This document shows positions 24,674 to 35,580 of a stretch of DNA of 64,000 nucleotides, piece after piece; positions within the stretch are counted from its first letter, which is position 1; the number at the start of each line of letters is the position of its first letter. A program made the translations under genes and the position numbers. The notes beneath the pieces are model-generated. The model saw only the letters and a program-made list of their open reading frames with translations. It was not told the DNA's origin and ran no database searches. Source of the DNA: Zootoca vivipara (taxonomy: Eukaryota); the NCBI RefSeq assembly GCF_963506605.1, contig NC_083281.1, forward strand, positions 27,218,001-27,282,000. The letters run 5' to 3'.

Positions 24674-27600
24674 TCAGAAATGCTGAGGAGAGAGCAAAGT
24701 TAGTATCCAATTAAACGTTTTATATATATAACAGTCAGGAAATGAAAATTTACCACAGAAATTAACAGCAGAAATGGTTAAGATTTTCCAGAAACCAATG
24801 CCACTTTCAACATTCCTCAACTGCTTCAATCTGTCCTCCATCTCCCAAAATTATCCAATACCAGATATTCAGAAATTTGCTTTAACTTCTCATTAAGAAA
24901 CAAGAGGAAACCAAACTATTAAAAGAAGACTTAAGAGTCCTAATCACTGTCTTTTTCATCTGCTACCTGGATAATTACTTCTGGAATGGAACTTTGGCCT
25001 GGTCTGCTCCCACACTGGTTGCCTTCCCCAAGCTCCAATGAAGCCACCCAGTTTGAGCAGACCAAGTGATCCTGTGAGGGAGCTGTATTGGAGCAGGGAT
25101 GAGGAACCTGGTGACCTCTAGATGTTATTGGGCCACTGGACCATTGGATCCCTTATCACACACCATGTTGGGTGGGGTGATGGGAATCCAACAGCTGGAA
25201 GGCTACAGGTATCCCAACCAGGCCAGTGCAGACCGGGCAGTGGGGCAGGCGGGTACACTTTTCCCAGGCTTTGGAGGACTAAGCTGATTGGGGGGACCCT
25301 CCAGGGAGCGGCTGCTTTTCTGGTTGAGTTTATAACTTTAATCTAACAAGACTCCCACCCGAGGCCTCAGACAAGCTCTTCACAGGCGTGATCCCAACCC
25401 TGATCTAGACCAAGAGAAAAGGGAAGCAGTAAGCCCTCTTCAGGCTAGATTGCCTACATTTTATGAATTATTCAAACTTATCAGTATGGAGAGAGGCATA
25501 ATAACAAGCATTTGTTGCTGAAAAAGAAAAAAAATGAGAGGTGGAAATAACAGTTTGCTTTTAAACATGGATAGCAAAGAGAGGAGACTTACATTTCTCT
25601 CTCGCCATACTGGCTTGCTGGGAATTTCGGCAATATTCTGGGATGTGTTTGTTGCGGACAGCGACTTCCTGTTGCTGAGGATGTGCACAATAGTGCCAAG
25701 AGCTTCTGATAAGTCTTGTAAAGAGGTACCACTCAACCCATATAGTGTGGAAGCTGTACAAATGAAAAAATAAATATAACAATCCTCACTGATGGAGCAG
25801 TCTGTACGACTTCCAGGTAGCATTGCCAACAATTCTTATTAGAGCAGTGGTAGTTAACCTGTGGTCCTGCAGATGATGTTGGGATTACAGCTCCCATCAC
25901 TGACCATTGGCTATGCTTGCTGGGGGGGGTACAGGTTGGCCACCCCCAGAACATTCCTTTCTGTCATCTTTCATTAGCCAATAATCTCTTTTCTTTTTTG
26001 AAGTCTTTTAATATACACCTCATACCCCTCTCTTTTTATTGCTGCACTAGCTTTATGGATCAACTTTTAAAACCCTGGAGTGCAAATCATTAAGTATAAA
26101 GTTCTTCACTCCCAACTTCTAGCTCTCATCTGTTATCATTCTAACATTTCTCTCTTGTCTGCTATTGTTCACATCTCCCCTTCTGCCTAGTATTGTGCCA
26201 CTCTCTATGTCTGGAATAATCACTGTCTACTCACCATTTGCCTCCCCTGCTTTAAATCCATGCTCAAAACCCACTTCTGCAAAGCCTTTTCTAGATCATC
26301 ATACCATGACATCATCTGTTCTTTGCTTGTGTTCACCTTACAAACTGTGCCATTTTTAATTAAATTTAAATTTACATACAGTTGTACCTCGCTTTGCGAG
26401 TTCGTCGATCCCCAAGGCACGCTTCTGCGTGTGCGCGAAGCGTCGATAGAGCACTTCTGCGCACGCACACACTGCACGAATCGCTTCTGTGCATCCGAGC
26501 GCCACGGAACCCGGATGTAAACACTTCCAGGTCCGAGGTGGTCGGAAACCGAAGCAGTTGCTCCCCAAGGCGGTCTCAAACCGAGGTACCACTGTATACT
26601 ATATCTAATACACAATCTGTATTAAATGTATATTCTGCTTTTCTATGGAAAGTGGATTATGCTAATTTATTGAATTTATATACCCTGTTTCTCATATTTT
26701 AAGACATACCCATAAAATAAGCCATAGCAGGATTTTTAAGCATTCAAGGAATATAAGCCATACCCCGAAAATAAGACATAGTGATAGGCGCAGCAGCAAT
26801 GCCGGCCGCGGCAGGAGGAGGAGGAAAAAAATAAGACATCCCTTGAAAATAAGCCTTAGTGTGTTTTTTTGAGGAAAAAATAAATATAAGACATGTCTTA
26901 TAATATGAGAAACACGGTACGACGGTTTGCAACATATAGAAATAAAAATACTTTATTGTCACTACAAAATAAAAAAAATCCTTCCAGTAGCACCTTAGAG
27001 ACCAACTAAGTTTGTCATAGGTATGAGCTTTCGTGTGCATGCACACTTCTTCAGATACTTCTTGTATCTTCAGATTCTTCTTGTCACTGTACCACTTGTT
27101 TACAGTGAGATTAAACGAGCCCCCCCCCAACAATCTCTCAGTCCTTATTATATGAACACAAAATACAGTAACATAGTAATATAAAGACAATACCCCACAC
27201 CCCACTGGAGTATGCCACCATGGGGGTTCTCCCACTTCATGCCATAGCATCTAGAAGCATCTGCTACATCACTCAGCATCAACGCGCTGTTCACATGGCA
27301 GGTGCCCCTGGACATTATGACAGAAGGAGGCAGTGGGACTTGCCATGTGGGAATCTTGTTTTCACTGGCATTCCCATGAGTGGGCATAATAACGGAACCC
27401 ACCAATTCCATGCAGTCACAATATAGGTGCCTGAGAGGCAACCCATGGCACCACAATGAAACAACCTCTGTCTGCTCATGCCAACAGTTACCTTGGGTTA
27501 GTCGGAGCTCCTCTCGCACAGTGTCCAGCTCAGCCTTTAATACGGTGCATCTGGCACATGGAGGTAGCATTCTGGAGCCTGGTGGCCCATCGTGGGTGGT

Positions 27601-30600
27601 GTCGCCACTGCCGTTTCCACTCCAGGGAGAGTGCAGCAACATCTCAATGCTGTCACTGAGTGAAGGTCTATCTGCCTCAGGAGATATGTGACCATCATTC
27701 CCTCCTTGGGGGCAGGACGCATTGCCATCCTTGTCAAAGACCAGTTGAGATGGCCCAAGGCCAGCTGTTGCTTTCTGCTCGCAGGATGAATTAGAAGAGA
27801 GCACCCCATTCAGAGCCTTTGAAACCCTACCACTGCCCTCCATCTTAGCTTCCCCCTCAACCAGACTCTCTACAGCCACAGCAACATTGCACCCGGAAAC
27901 AGATCTTCCCCGCCCTTTCGCTTTCCCAGCTTGCTTTCCTGGTGCAGGGGTTGGCATTTGCTTAGCTTTCTCCCCAGCCTCAGATGTCTCCTCTGAGTTA
28001 TCATTCGGTTTCCTTTGCTTTGTTGCTGCCTCTCCATGTTCTCCATCTTCTGTGGCCACGGTCCGTTCCCTTGGACCTGACTTTGGTCTCTTCCTCAGCC
28101 GAAGGTGTGCTTCTGTACCTGAAGATGGAGAATAAGTTTATCTTGAGAGACCTGCCAAGATAGAAAAATAACAGATGGGCTTGTGGTTAAGGCCCTAGGC
28201 TGGGAATCAGAAGATCTGGGTTCCAGGCCCACAGATGCCGCAGGGCTCCACTCACCCCTAGAGGACAAGGTTTCCTTATTTAACAGGTTTCTTAGGATAC
28301 AAATCATCAGGAAGGGCCATGAATAATCATGAATACAGTCCTCTGAATGCAAAAGATGCTTGGCAGTCTTCCTCTACCACAAAAACACTGAGGTGGGTTA
28401 CCGTTATTTCCATATTACAGATGATTAATGGAGACTGAAAAAAGTGTATTCTCAAGGCCCACTCAATAAGGACACCTAATGTATCACATTCTCCTAAAGA
28501 GAATTCACACTCTGATAATAAGGATGTATTTTCTCCTTTGAAGCGTGGCATATCTTTTCCACTCCATGTATACAAAGAAACATACCTCCGCCACCCTTTC
28601 AATATAACTCTTAATAAAATTTCCCTTAAGGTGACTTGGAAGATAGTTTTTCTTCATGTTAAAAATCTGACTGACTGACCCTTTTAGAGTCAGGCAGGAT
28701 CTTTCCCCCTGAAGATCAGATAGGCTAGTGAATATAATTTTTGAAGCGTGAAGCAGGACACAGTCCAGGAGATCTCATCAAAATAATTTGAGGCATTTTG
28801 AGAAATTGTTGTAATTATCACACAACCCTAGCTACAACTTATATTTGCATAGGTGAAAGATTTATACGATCTGAAGAGAAGCCAGAGTATGTTCTTATTA
28901 CTTGCAGGCATGGCAATTTATTGTTGTTGTTTAGTCGTTTAGTCGTGTCCGACTCTTCGTGACCCCATGGACCAGAGCACGCCAGGCACTCCTGTCTTCC
29001 ACTGCCTCCCGCAGAAATGGCAATTTATAAATCTCTTTAATACCATTTTCATTGTTTTGGTGGTTCCTGTGGTTTCATCTGCTATTTTGTTTGTTGACAG
29101 ATGACATGTAGTTGTGGGATGAATTGTATTAATGCTCTTGTTTAGCAGTGCAGGATTTGACTCACTAGACGTAAGTCCCATCCAACTCTACAAAAATTAA
29201 TAATTATTTTTTTATGGAAAAAATAATTACCAATCAAAGCATTCTTACAACCATGATCCTGTATCTAGCAGTAGTTCCAATCATCCCAGTGTGAAGAGGC
29301 AAATATGGAAGGGTTGCAAATTCCACGCAAAAACATTTCTGCTGTCCTCAACATAAATAATTGGCCAAACCTACTATAGGTTTACTATACTCTCTGGCAC
29401 CTGAGAAGGCAGCATACTGTAGTCTCCTGTAGCATGAAGTGCTCAAAGGAGAAAGTGGTAGAATTCGGAGTAAATTTTATTTTAGAGCCCTTATGTTAAG
29501 CAGATGAAAGCAGGAGCAGGTTTACTGCCAAGCAATAGATGTAATTATTATGAGGGGTGGCAGGCGAGGGAGAAATAATGTCAGGCATTTCCTCAACAAG
29601 TAATCCCATGAACCTGGAAAAGTAAGGATAGAGTTCTATGACCTAATGCAATCTAGGAAGGCATTCCTTACCAACTTTCCTAAGGTTCTCTTGACTGCCT
29701 TTGATGCAAGATGGTCTCCGATCCTCATCCAATTCTTCTTGGGGGGAATCTGCTACCATGTCATCGGATATCACCCGTGCCTGGAACAGTAAGAATGCCA
29801 CATCTGCATTCATCACCTTCTGCTCAAGTTAACAGGCCCTTTAGTTTCACCAAGGATGTCGGTGTTGGTCCCTGTTATCTGTGAACCATGGATGATTTAA
29901 ACTTGCTGTTTGTTACTGGAGAGCCAACTCATTCTAAATGTTCCTTAAAGACTGAATCCTACTGTATACACCCGAGTCCTAATAAGACTGAGTGTATCCT
30001 ACCTTCATGGATGTGTTGCTAAGAATCTGATGTTTTGTACTAATGAAATGTCCGTTGTTTTTAAAAAGCAAACTCTGCCATCATAGTTGTCTAGAAAAAG
30101 TTTGAATAGTCACAATAGCAGGCCAGGTCTGCCCTCCCCATTTTGGCCAAGCAACATCCAAGACATATATGATGTGAAGTATGGAATAGATAAAGGCAAG
30201 GCTTGGATGAAAGGCGCTTTACATGTGCTGACATTCAGCTGGTTGGTGGTGCCTGCAAAGCCCCTTGCACAGTGCTTTCCAAACACCACAGACTATCAGC
30301 TGATTGTCAGTGCTTGGGAAGCAATGCACTCAAGGCTCCTCAAGCACCAACAATTTGCTTGGATTGTCAGGGCTTGAAAGTGCTGTGTGGTTTGATTGTC
30401 TACCTGCCAAATGTAGCCTGCCAGTAAGCAGATAGATCCAGATTGCCATCTGTATCCAATTCTGCACCCCTGCCATACAGTGTTAACCAAAGGCCAAGAA
30501 ACCCGAGGGAATAGCAGGCATGGTTTCCAGGAATCAGAAGACAGGCTTCCGTGCCTTGCAGAACATACTGTTCCTGCCTACTCAATCCCCAACCTGTCCC

Positions 30601-33600
30601 CACCTTGCCAAAAATCTCTGTCCCTTCCTTCTAAAAGCTGAGGGCTAGAATTCTTAGGTTTCTATCTAGTGTCCTTTGGCCAAGGAGAAACCTGTGTAAA
30701 GTCAGCTCCAAGCAAGAATCAGAAACAATCAGAAATATGATCCTACCTGGTCCCTTTGCCTCTTGGACTCAAAGTGAAGCTGAAACCTCTCTGCCAGGGC
30801 CACAGCCTCCTTGCCATTTTCTGGTTGACATTCACGCACCAAAGTCTGGATTTCGTCCGGCAAAATATTCAAAAACTGCTCAACCACCAGCAGCTCCATG
30901 ATCTGCTCTTTGCTGCGGACATCTGGCCTCAGCCATTGATAGGAAAGTCCCCACAGACACCTGTAAACCTCTTGGGGTCCCTGGGCTTCCTGGTAGCGGA
31001 ACTGCCTGAAAGACTGACGCTGTGTCTCTAAGTCTATGTCTGTTTCCAGTGCTTTAGCACAATTGCTGCCACAGAGTTGTTGGGTCTTGCTATGAAGTTG
31101 GCCTTTATCTTGCTGTCCAGAACTCTGGAAGGAATCACACAATGGATTCAAAACAGAGAGGTGTGCCTCTGGGTTATCACCCTTTCCTGTTGTCCCCATG
31201 TGCCCTGCCATAGGAGGAGGCCTCAGGCCTGTCAGCAACTCTTGGCATTGGTCTCCAGGAGACTGCTGAGATAGTAGCCATCTCAGTATCTCTTCAGCAG
31301 TCCAATACTGCACGTCAGGGGGCACTTTCACTGTTCCTCCAAGTGCCTCCTTCACAGGAAGTCTGGTTAAGCCCTTTCCTGCTACATCAGCTTGCATTAT
31401 CTGTTCTAGCAAAGCCTGTAGCTGTGAGCCAGGGCCTGCAGCTGTTCCTGATCCATTCTTTGTTGACATCTGCAAGGTGTGCAAAGCGTTGGTACAAGCG
31501 TTGGAGGTAGGACTGGCAGGAGGTCGCTGAGTCAGTGCTTGGACAAGCTCGGTTTGCTTCTGAAAAAGCTTCTCAAAGAGCTGGGCCTGGAACTCCCTAT
31601 CCTCCCGGCGCATCTCCCTGTCATGCTGGATGAACTCTGCTAAACTCTGCTTCTCCTCTGCTTGGTTGGCAACCTGTCTCTGCATTCTCTGCACTTCCAG
31701 CTGATGTGAACGCCCATATTTCTGCCCAGTGCCCCTTGAGAAGCTTGACTGCCCATCTCCCTGAGCTTTTTGTTTCCGGGTTCGGAGGTGGGGACGTTGG
31801 TCGAGCATGGATATGAGATGTCTTGGTGCAGGCTGGGTCTCCATCACTATAGGAGAGGCCACATCTATAAGGAAAGCAACAAAGCACAATGAATATCCAG
31901 AGAAATGCAATGGTGTGCATATACCCAGGATACATTCCATCTTAGTGACAAAGCATGCTGGTCTATAAGGAACGAGAGCTGAGTCAAACTTCCAAAAAAG
32001 CAACCACTACAATCCTCACGAGATTAAATCACTTCAAAATGCATGTTAAGAAACCAAGCTTTTGTACTACATCAAATATTCCCTGCATGTAGAGAGTTAG
32101 TGCCTAAGGGGAAAGTGCTTTAGCTTTTTGACCTGGGAGAGCATTCAGACACACAACATCCATGACCTACATGCTAGAGAGTTCTATGAAGAATGCACCA
32201 CATGCTTTCTTCTGAATGCATGATTTGGCTTTTATTTGATTGTCATGTACCTTTTGCAGGATGAGTCCAAGGGCAGTGATCTAGGATATCTATTTAGAAA
32301 AACTAAATCCACTGTGTAACATTTTAAAATGTAAGCATATGCAGAATCACTTTTTAAAACGTGACCCCATGAGTGCAAAAAAGTTTCTGCTGGAACTGAC
32401 CCTGAAATTGTGGCCAAGGTGTAGGTAAAAACAGCTGTACTGCAGCTACCCAGATGACAAATTATGAAATTATGATGGAATTAGTACAACTTGCACCCAC
32501 TAGGATGCATATGTACATATGGTGCTAGGAGCTCTTGACCTTTAAGAGACAATCTTAAAGTTCAAGATGAATCAACTGGACAAGGCTAACAAACTAGAAA
32601 GAGAGCATGTTATTTATAATGGAGGATCCTGCGGTCCAAAGGGACGAAAGTGCTGCAATTCATTACCCTAGTTGGTGTCATAGTAATCTCTTTCATGGAA
32701 TACATTCATCTTGGACAGGTGCCCCAACTGTCTAAGTCTAAGCTATTTTTGGTCTGATTATTAGACAATAAAGTGCAATTTTGTGATAGGCAAAAAAGAT
32801 TACAATACAAGGGGACAAAGACAGCAGAACTTGAGAGGCATCTAGAAAGTCTTCTCAGGAAAGCAGAGGAGAAGCAAGCACTTGACACATATGTGGGTGC
32901 TAAGAATATAGGGAAGTGTAGGTCAGAGGTCTTGGAGGCTAAATACCCAGTAAAAGGCTCTAATTAAACAAATAATTCAAATAAAAGATGTCAGCCACAC
33001 CTGAGTATCCTTCAGGAGGGGCTCTGCTGAAATAAACCAGGCAAAACGAACAATGGAGCTTACCAAGCTCAGGTGATATTTCATCTTCCGATTCCTCTTC
33101 TTTCACTTGAACTGGGATGACTTGGATCTCACCGAAGGCATCCTGAGACTCTGCCTGGGCATAGCTGAATTCATCAGTCCCTTGGCTTTCAGAGGCAGCA
33201 GTCTGTGACAACCAGTGGCCAGAGACCTGAGACCCCCACCGCTCACTGATGCTGGACTGGGTCCCCCAGGGCTCAGATATAGAAATACCTTCCTGTCTGT
33301 CTGCAGAGATACCGGACCCCTCACCAGCTTCTGAGGGAAAGCCTGGTCTGCAGTTTATATACTGTGTCATTATCTGGTCGATCTCATCATAAAATGGACA
33401 CTTGATGGGTGGTCGCCCAACTGAGTTATTTTCTTTTGCTTTCCGGTAAGCCACTTTCAAGCCTTTCATTTTCTCCCGGCACTGGTCCCCAGTTCGGTAA
33501 ATGCCCATTTCTGCGAGGCGCTGGGAAATGCCATCATATACTGCACGGTTCCTCCCATGAGAACTAAGATCGTGAGCGACTGCTGCCTCGGTCCACAGGG

Positions 33601-33670
33601 CAAGGAGCACCTTGATGTGCTCTGCTGGCCAACTGGCTGCCCGCTCTTGTGGTCTGTCACGCCTCATCAT
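24674..33670 (-). CDS. Myb/SANT-like + coiled-coil + SCAN protein lacking C2H2 fingers; complement(join(24674..24682,25593..25753,27492..28118,29672..29780,30747..31864,33064..33670)), 876 aa
   Basis: Six coding exons, all GT-AG with matching phases (1,0,1,1,0); 2631 nt open. First coding exon has a Myb_DNA-bind_4-like domain (W...HIKVLLALW...[38 protein letters not shown]...[11 protein letters not shown]), with an in-frame upstream stop at 33773-33775 and acceptor at 33976. SCAN at ~30780-31030. Last acceptor has a perfect TACTAAC branch point. Non-coding exon 1 donor CAG|GTAGGT at 36978. The last three exons are less certain than the first three. Confidence 0.8.
26379..26594. mobile_element. 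Tc1/mariner MITE
   Basis: TA-flanked CAGTTGTACCTCG...CGAGGTACCACTG. Confidence 0.75.
26683..26917. mobile_element. Tc1/mariner-type MITE (second family)
   Basis: TA-flanked TIRs CCCTGTTTCTCATATTTTAAGACA / TGTCTTATAATATGAGAAACACGG; internal AAAATAAG repeats. Confidence 0.8.
26965..27060 (-). mobile_element. Penelope-like element terminal fragment
   Basis: Near-identical to 12847..12935 in reverse orientation; carries the hammerhead motif. Confidence 0.75.
27021..27058 (-). ncRNA. Minimal type-I hammerhead ribozyme motif (Penelope-type) with intact core
   Basis: Minus strand reads GUAU-CUGAAGA-A-GUGUGC-AU-GCACAC-GAA-AGCU-C-AUAC: stem I GUAU/AUAC, CUGANGA and GAAA cores, palindromic stem II, palindromic minimal stem III AGCU, CUC cleavage triplet. 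Confidence 0.75.
28921..29013 (-). mobile_element. Short BovB/RTE 3' end
   Basis: Reverse complement of the 3' end of 15054..15933; TSD ATGGCAATTTA(T) on both sides. Confidence 0.9.
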
Positions 33671-34594
33671 TACCAAGGAAAATCGAAGAGTTTTGTTGGT
33701 GGAAGTTAAGACGCAAAAAGTCTGGCCTATGGAAGTCCATGCACCGGCAACCCAGATACCAAGAAAGGGAATTTAAATGCAAGGGATTTCAAGGTTCCCA
33801 ATCTCCATGCAAGGAACGCCTTGTAGGTGATGCTTGACCCACCTCCATGTGTCATTTATACAGAGCTTCCTGCAGCCTCCAAACCCAGGAATCTGAACTC
33901 AGGGCGGCCACAATAGCTACATCTTTCCATTCATACTAGATGGAGAGGAATCAATCCAGGGCAGGTCGCCAGCTCCTAAGAAAATGCCATTAGAGTACTG
34001 CTTCTCCTGTAGGAAGGAAGCTAGGTTAACAAAAACCCAAGGTTAATCCACTAAGAAAGTCACTGGTTTGTATGTATACCCAGTTTCAGGAAAGTAGGGT
34101 ATCTTCATACTAAATGTCAGCTAGTCTTATTCACCTGCTAAAACAACAGAAGATGCAGCTGTCACTAATTGATGTTGGAAAAATCCTAGTTCCCCAGGTG
34201 CTTAAAAACATGGTGAAGATAAGAATTATGGCTAAATAATTGTTTCTCAACTTTCTTCCAAATAGAAGGGCAGTTTACAAAGGGATTTTCCCTGTTTTAA
34301 CTCCACAACAACATGGTGAAGTAGGTTAGGCTGAAAGATAGTGACTGGCCCATGGTCATCCAGCCGAAGTCTGACACTGTTCTGTTGTCTAAACACTCTT
34401 CATTTTTTAACCTGAAGGACCCACCTTTAATCTTAACCTTCAAAACAATATTAATCTTAAAACAGTGTTTGCTTTTAGCTTTTAATTTTGTTAACCCTGC
34501 ATCCTTGTGTCTCTAGAGTGCAAAAGTAAACTAATGATTTAGGCAACATTGTTTTTCAAATCACAAGAAGTAAGTGTTCCAATTCATTCCATTT

Positions 34595-35580
34595 TAATAA
34601 AACCTCCAGATGAGAACTATGTCCAGTACTGGGCACCACACTTTAAGATGAATGCAGACAAATTGGAACAGGTTTAGAGTATGGCAATGAAGATAGTCAG
34701 AAATATGAAAAAGTTGTATGAGGAAAGGTTGAAAGAACAGACCATTTATTTTACCCTGGAGAAGGGTGTGGGGTGTTTGTGTGTGCAATACAGCACTCTT
34801 CAAATACCTGAATGGCTGTGATGCAGAAGAAAAAACACTTGTCTCCTGTTACCCCAGAAGGAAAAAATAGATGGCTTTAAGTTACAGAAGAGCAGATTTC
34901 TGGGCAGATGGAGCTTGTTAACATGAGAAGGTAGCCCATCTAGGAAAAGGAAAACTCTGATCCTAAACCTCTGCTGCCTTGTGGGATATCTTCAGGAGAA
35001 GAAAAGTCTACAGGGTAAACCCTACACAAATCTGGAGTGCAGTCCCCAAGACGGTTGGGTGACACCTTGTACACCTCCTTCCGGCAACTCCTACAGCCAA
35101 GCAAGTGCCAAATGTATTGCTCTGCTTTTGTTTGGATCACATTAGTGAGGCTGTGAGGGGGGTCATGTCATCTGGGCAGCCCAGGATCTCCAAACACACT
35201 GCCCAGGCTTACATCCTGGGGAGGTCACTTTGATGCTGTTAATATATAACAAGTTATCAGTCTTTGCAGCCACAGCAGGTGCTGTGATTTTCTAACCGTT
35301 TGACTTCCAGAGGTGCACTCCATTGTCTCTAGGGACAGACGGGTGCCAACAACAACTTCCTATTACTAAGAACAGTTTGATAATGGAACCAATCAACCAA
35401 GGTGGGTCCCATGCTGGACAGCTCCAAGCAGAGGATAAACAGCCAGCTGTTCAGGATGCAGAAATTTTCTGCAATAAGGTGTATGTGTGTGTGTGGGGGG
35501 GATCAGTTGGCATTGGACCAGATAATCTGTACAGCCCTCCCCAATTACCTATTCTATTCCATTCTATTCCCGGTTCTATT
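34595..35580 (+). mobile_element. Old CR1 LINE 3' region interrupted by an RTE-5'UTR-like insertion (~34905..35350)
   Basis: CR1-like GTCCAGTACTGGGCACCACACTTTAAGA...TATGAGGAAAGGTTGAAAGAAC and an (ATTCT)n tail, with unrelated sequence nested in the middle. Confidence 0.6.

Noticed and set aside
20136-25593. In-frame read-through fusion of the Myb-SCAN gene to the SCAN-only exon
   Set aside because: The acceptor at 20237 leaves 100 nt before the ATG and would need a phase-2 donor, but all modelled upstream donors are phase 0 or 1. A separate promoter also lies between the genes.
26744-27250. 168-aa minus-strand ORF
   Set aside because: Runs through intron, Penelope fragment and MITE sequence; a chance ORF.
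27148-28059. 303-aa ORF as a stand-alone gene
   Set aside because: Starts at GTG, with a good acceptor at 28119 and donor at 27491 in matching phase; better explained as an internal exon plus intron read-through.
34905-35350. HDV-like ribozyme in the RTE-5'UTR-like insertion
   Set aside because: A hairpin is visible, but I could not build the nested double pseudoknot by eye; a covariance-model search would be needed.
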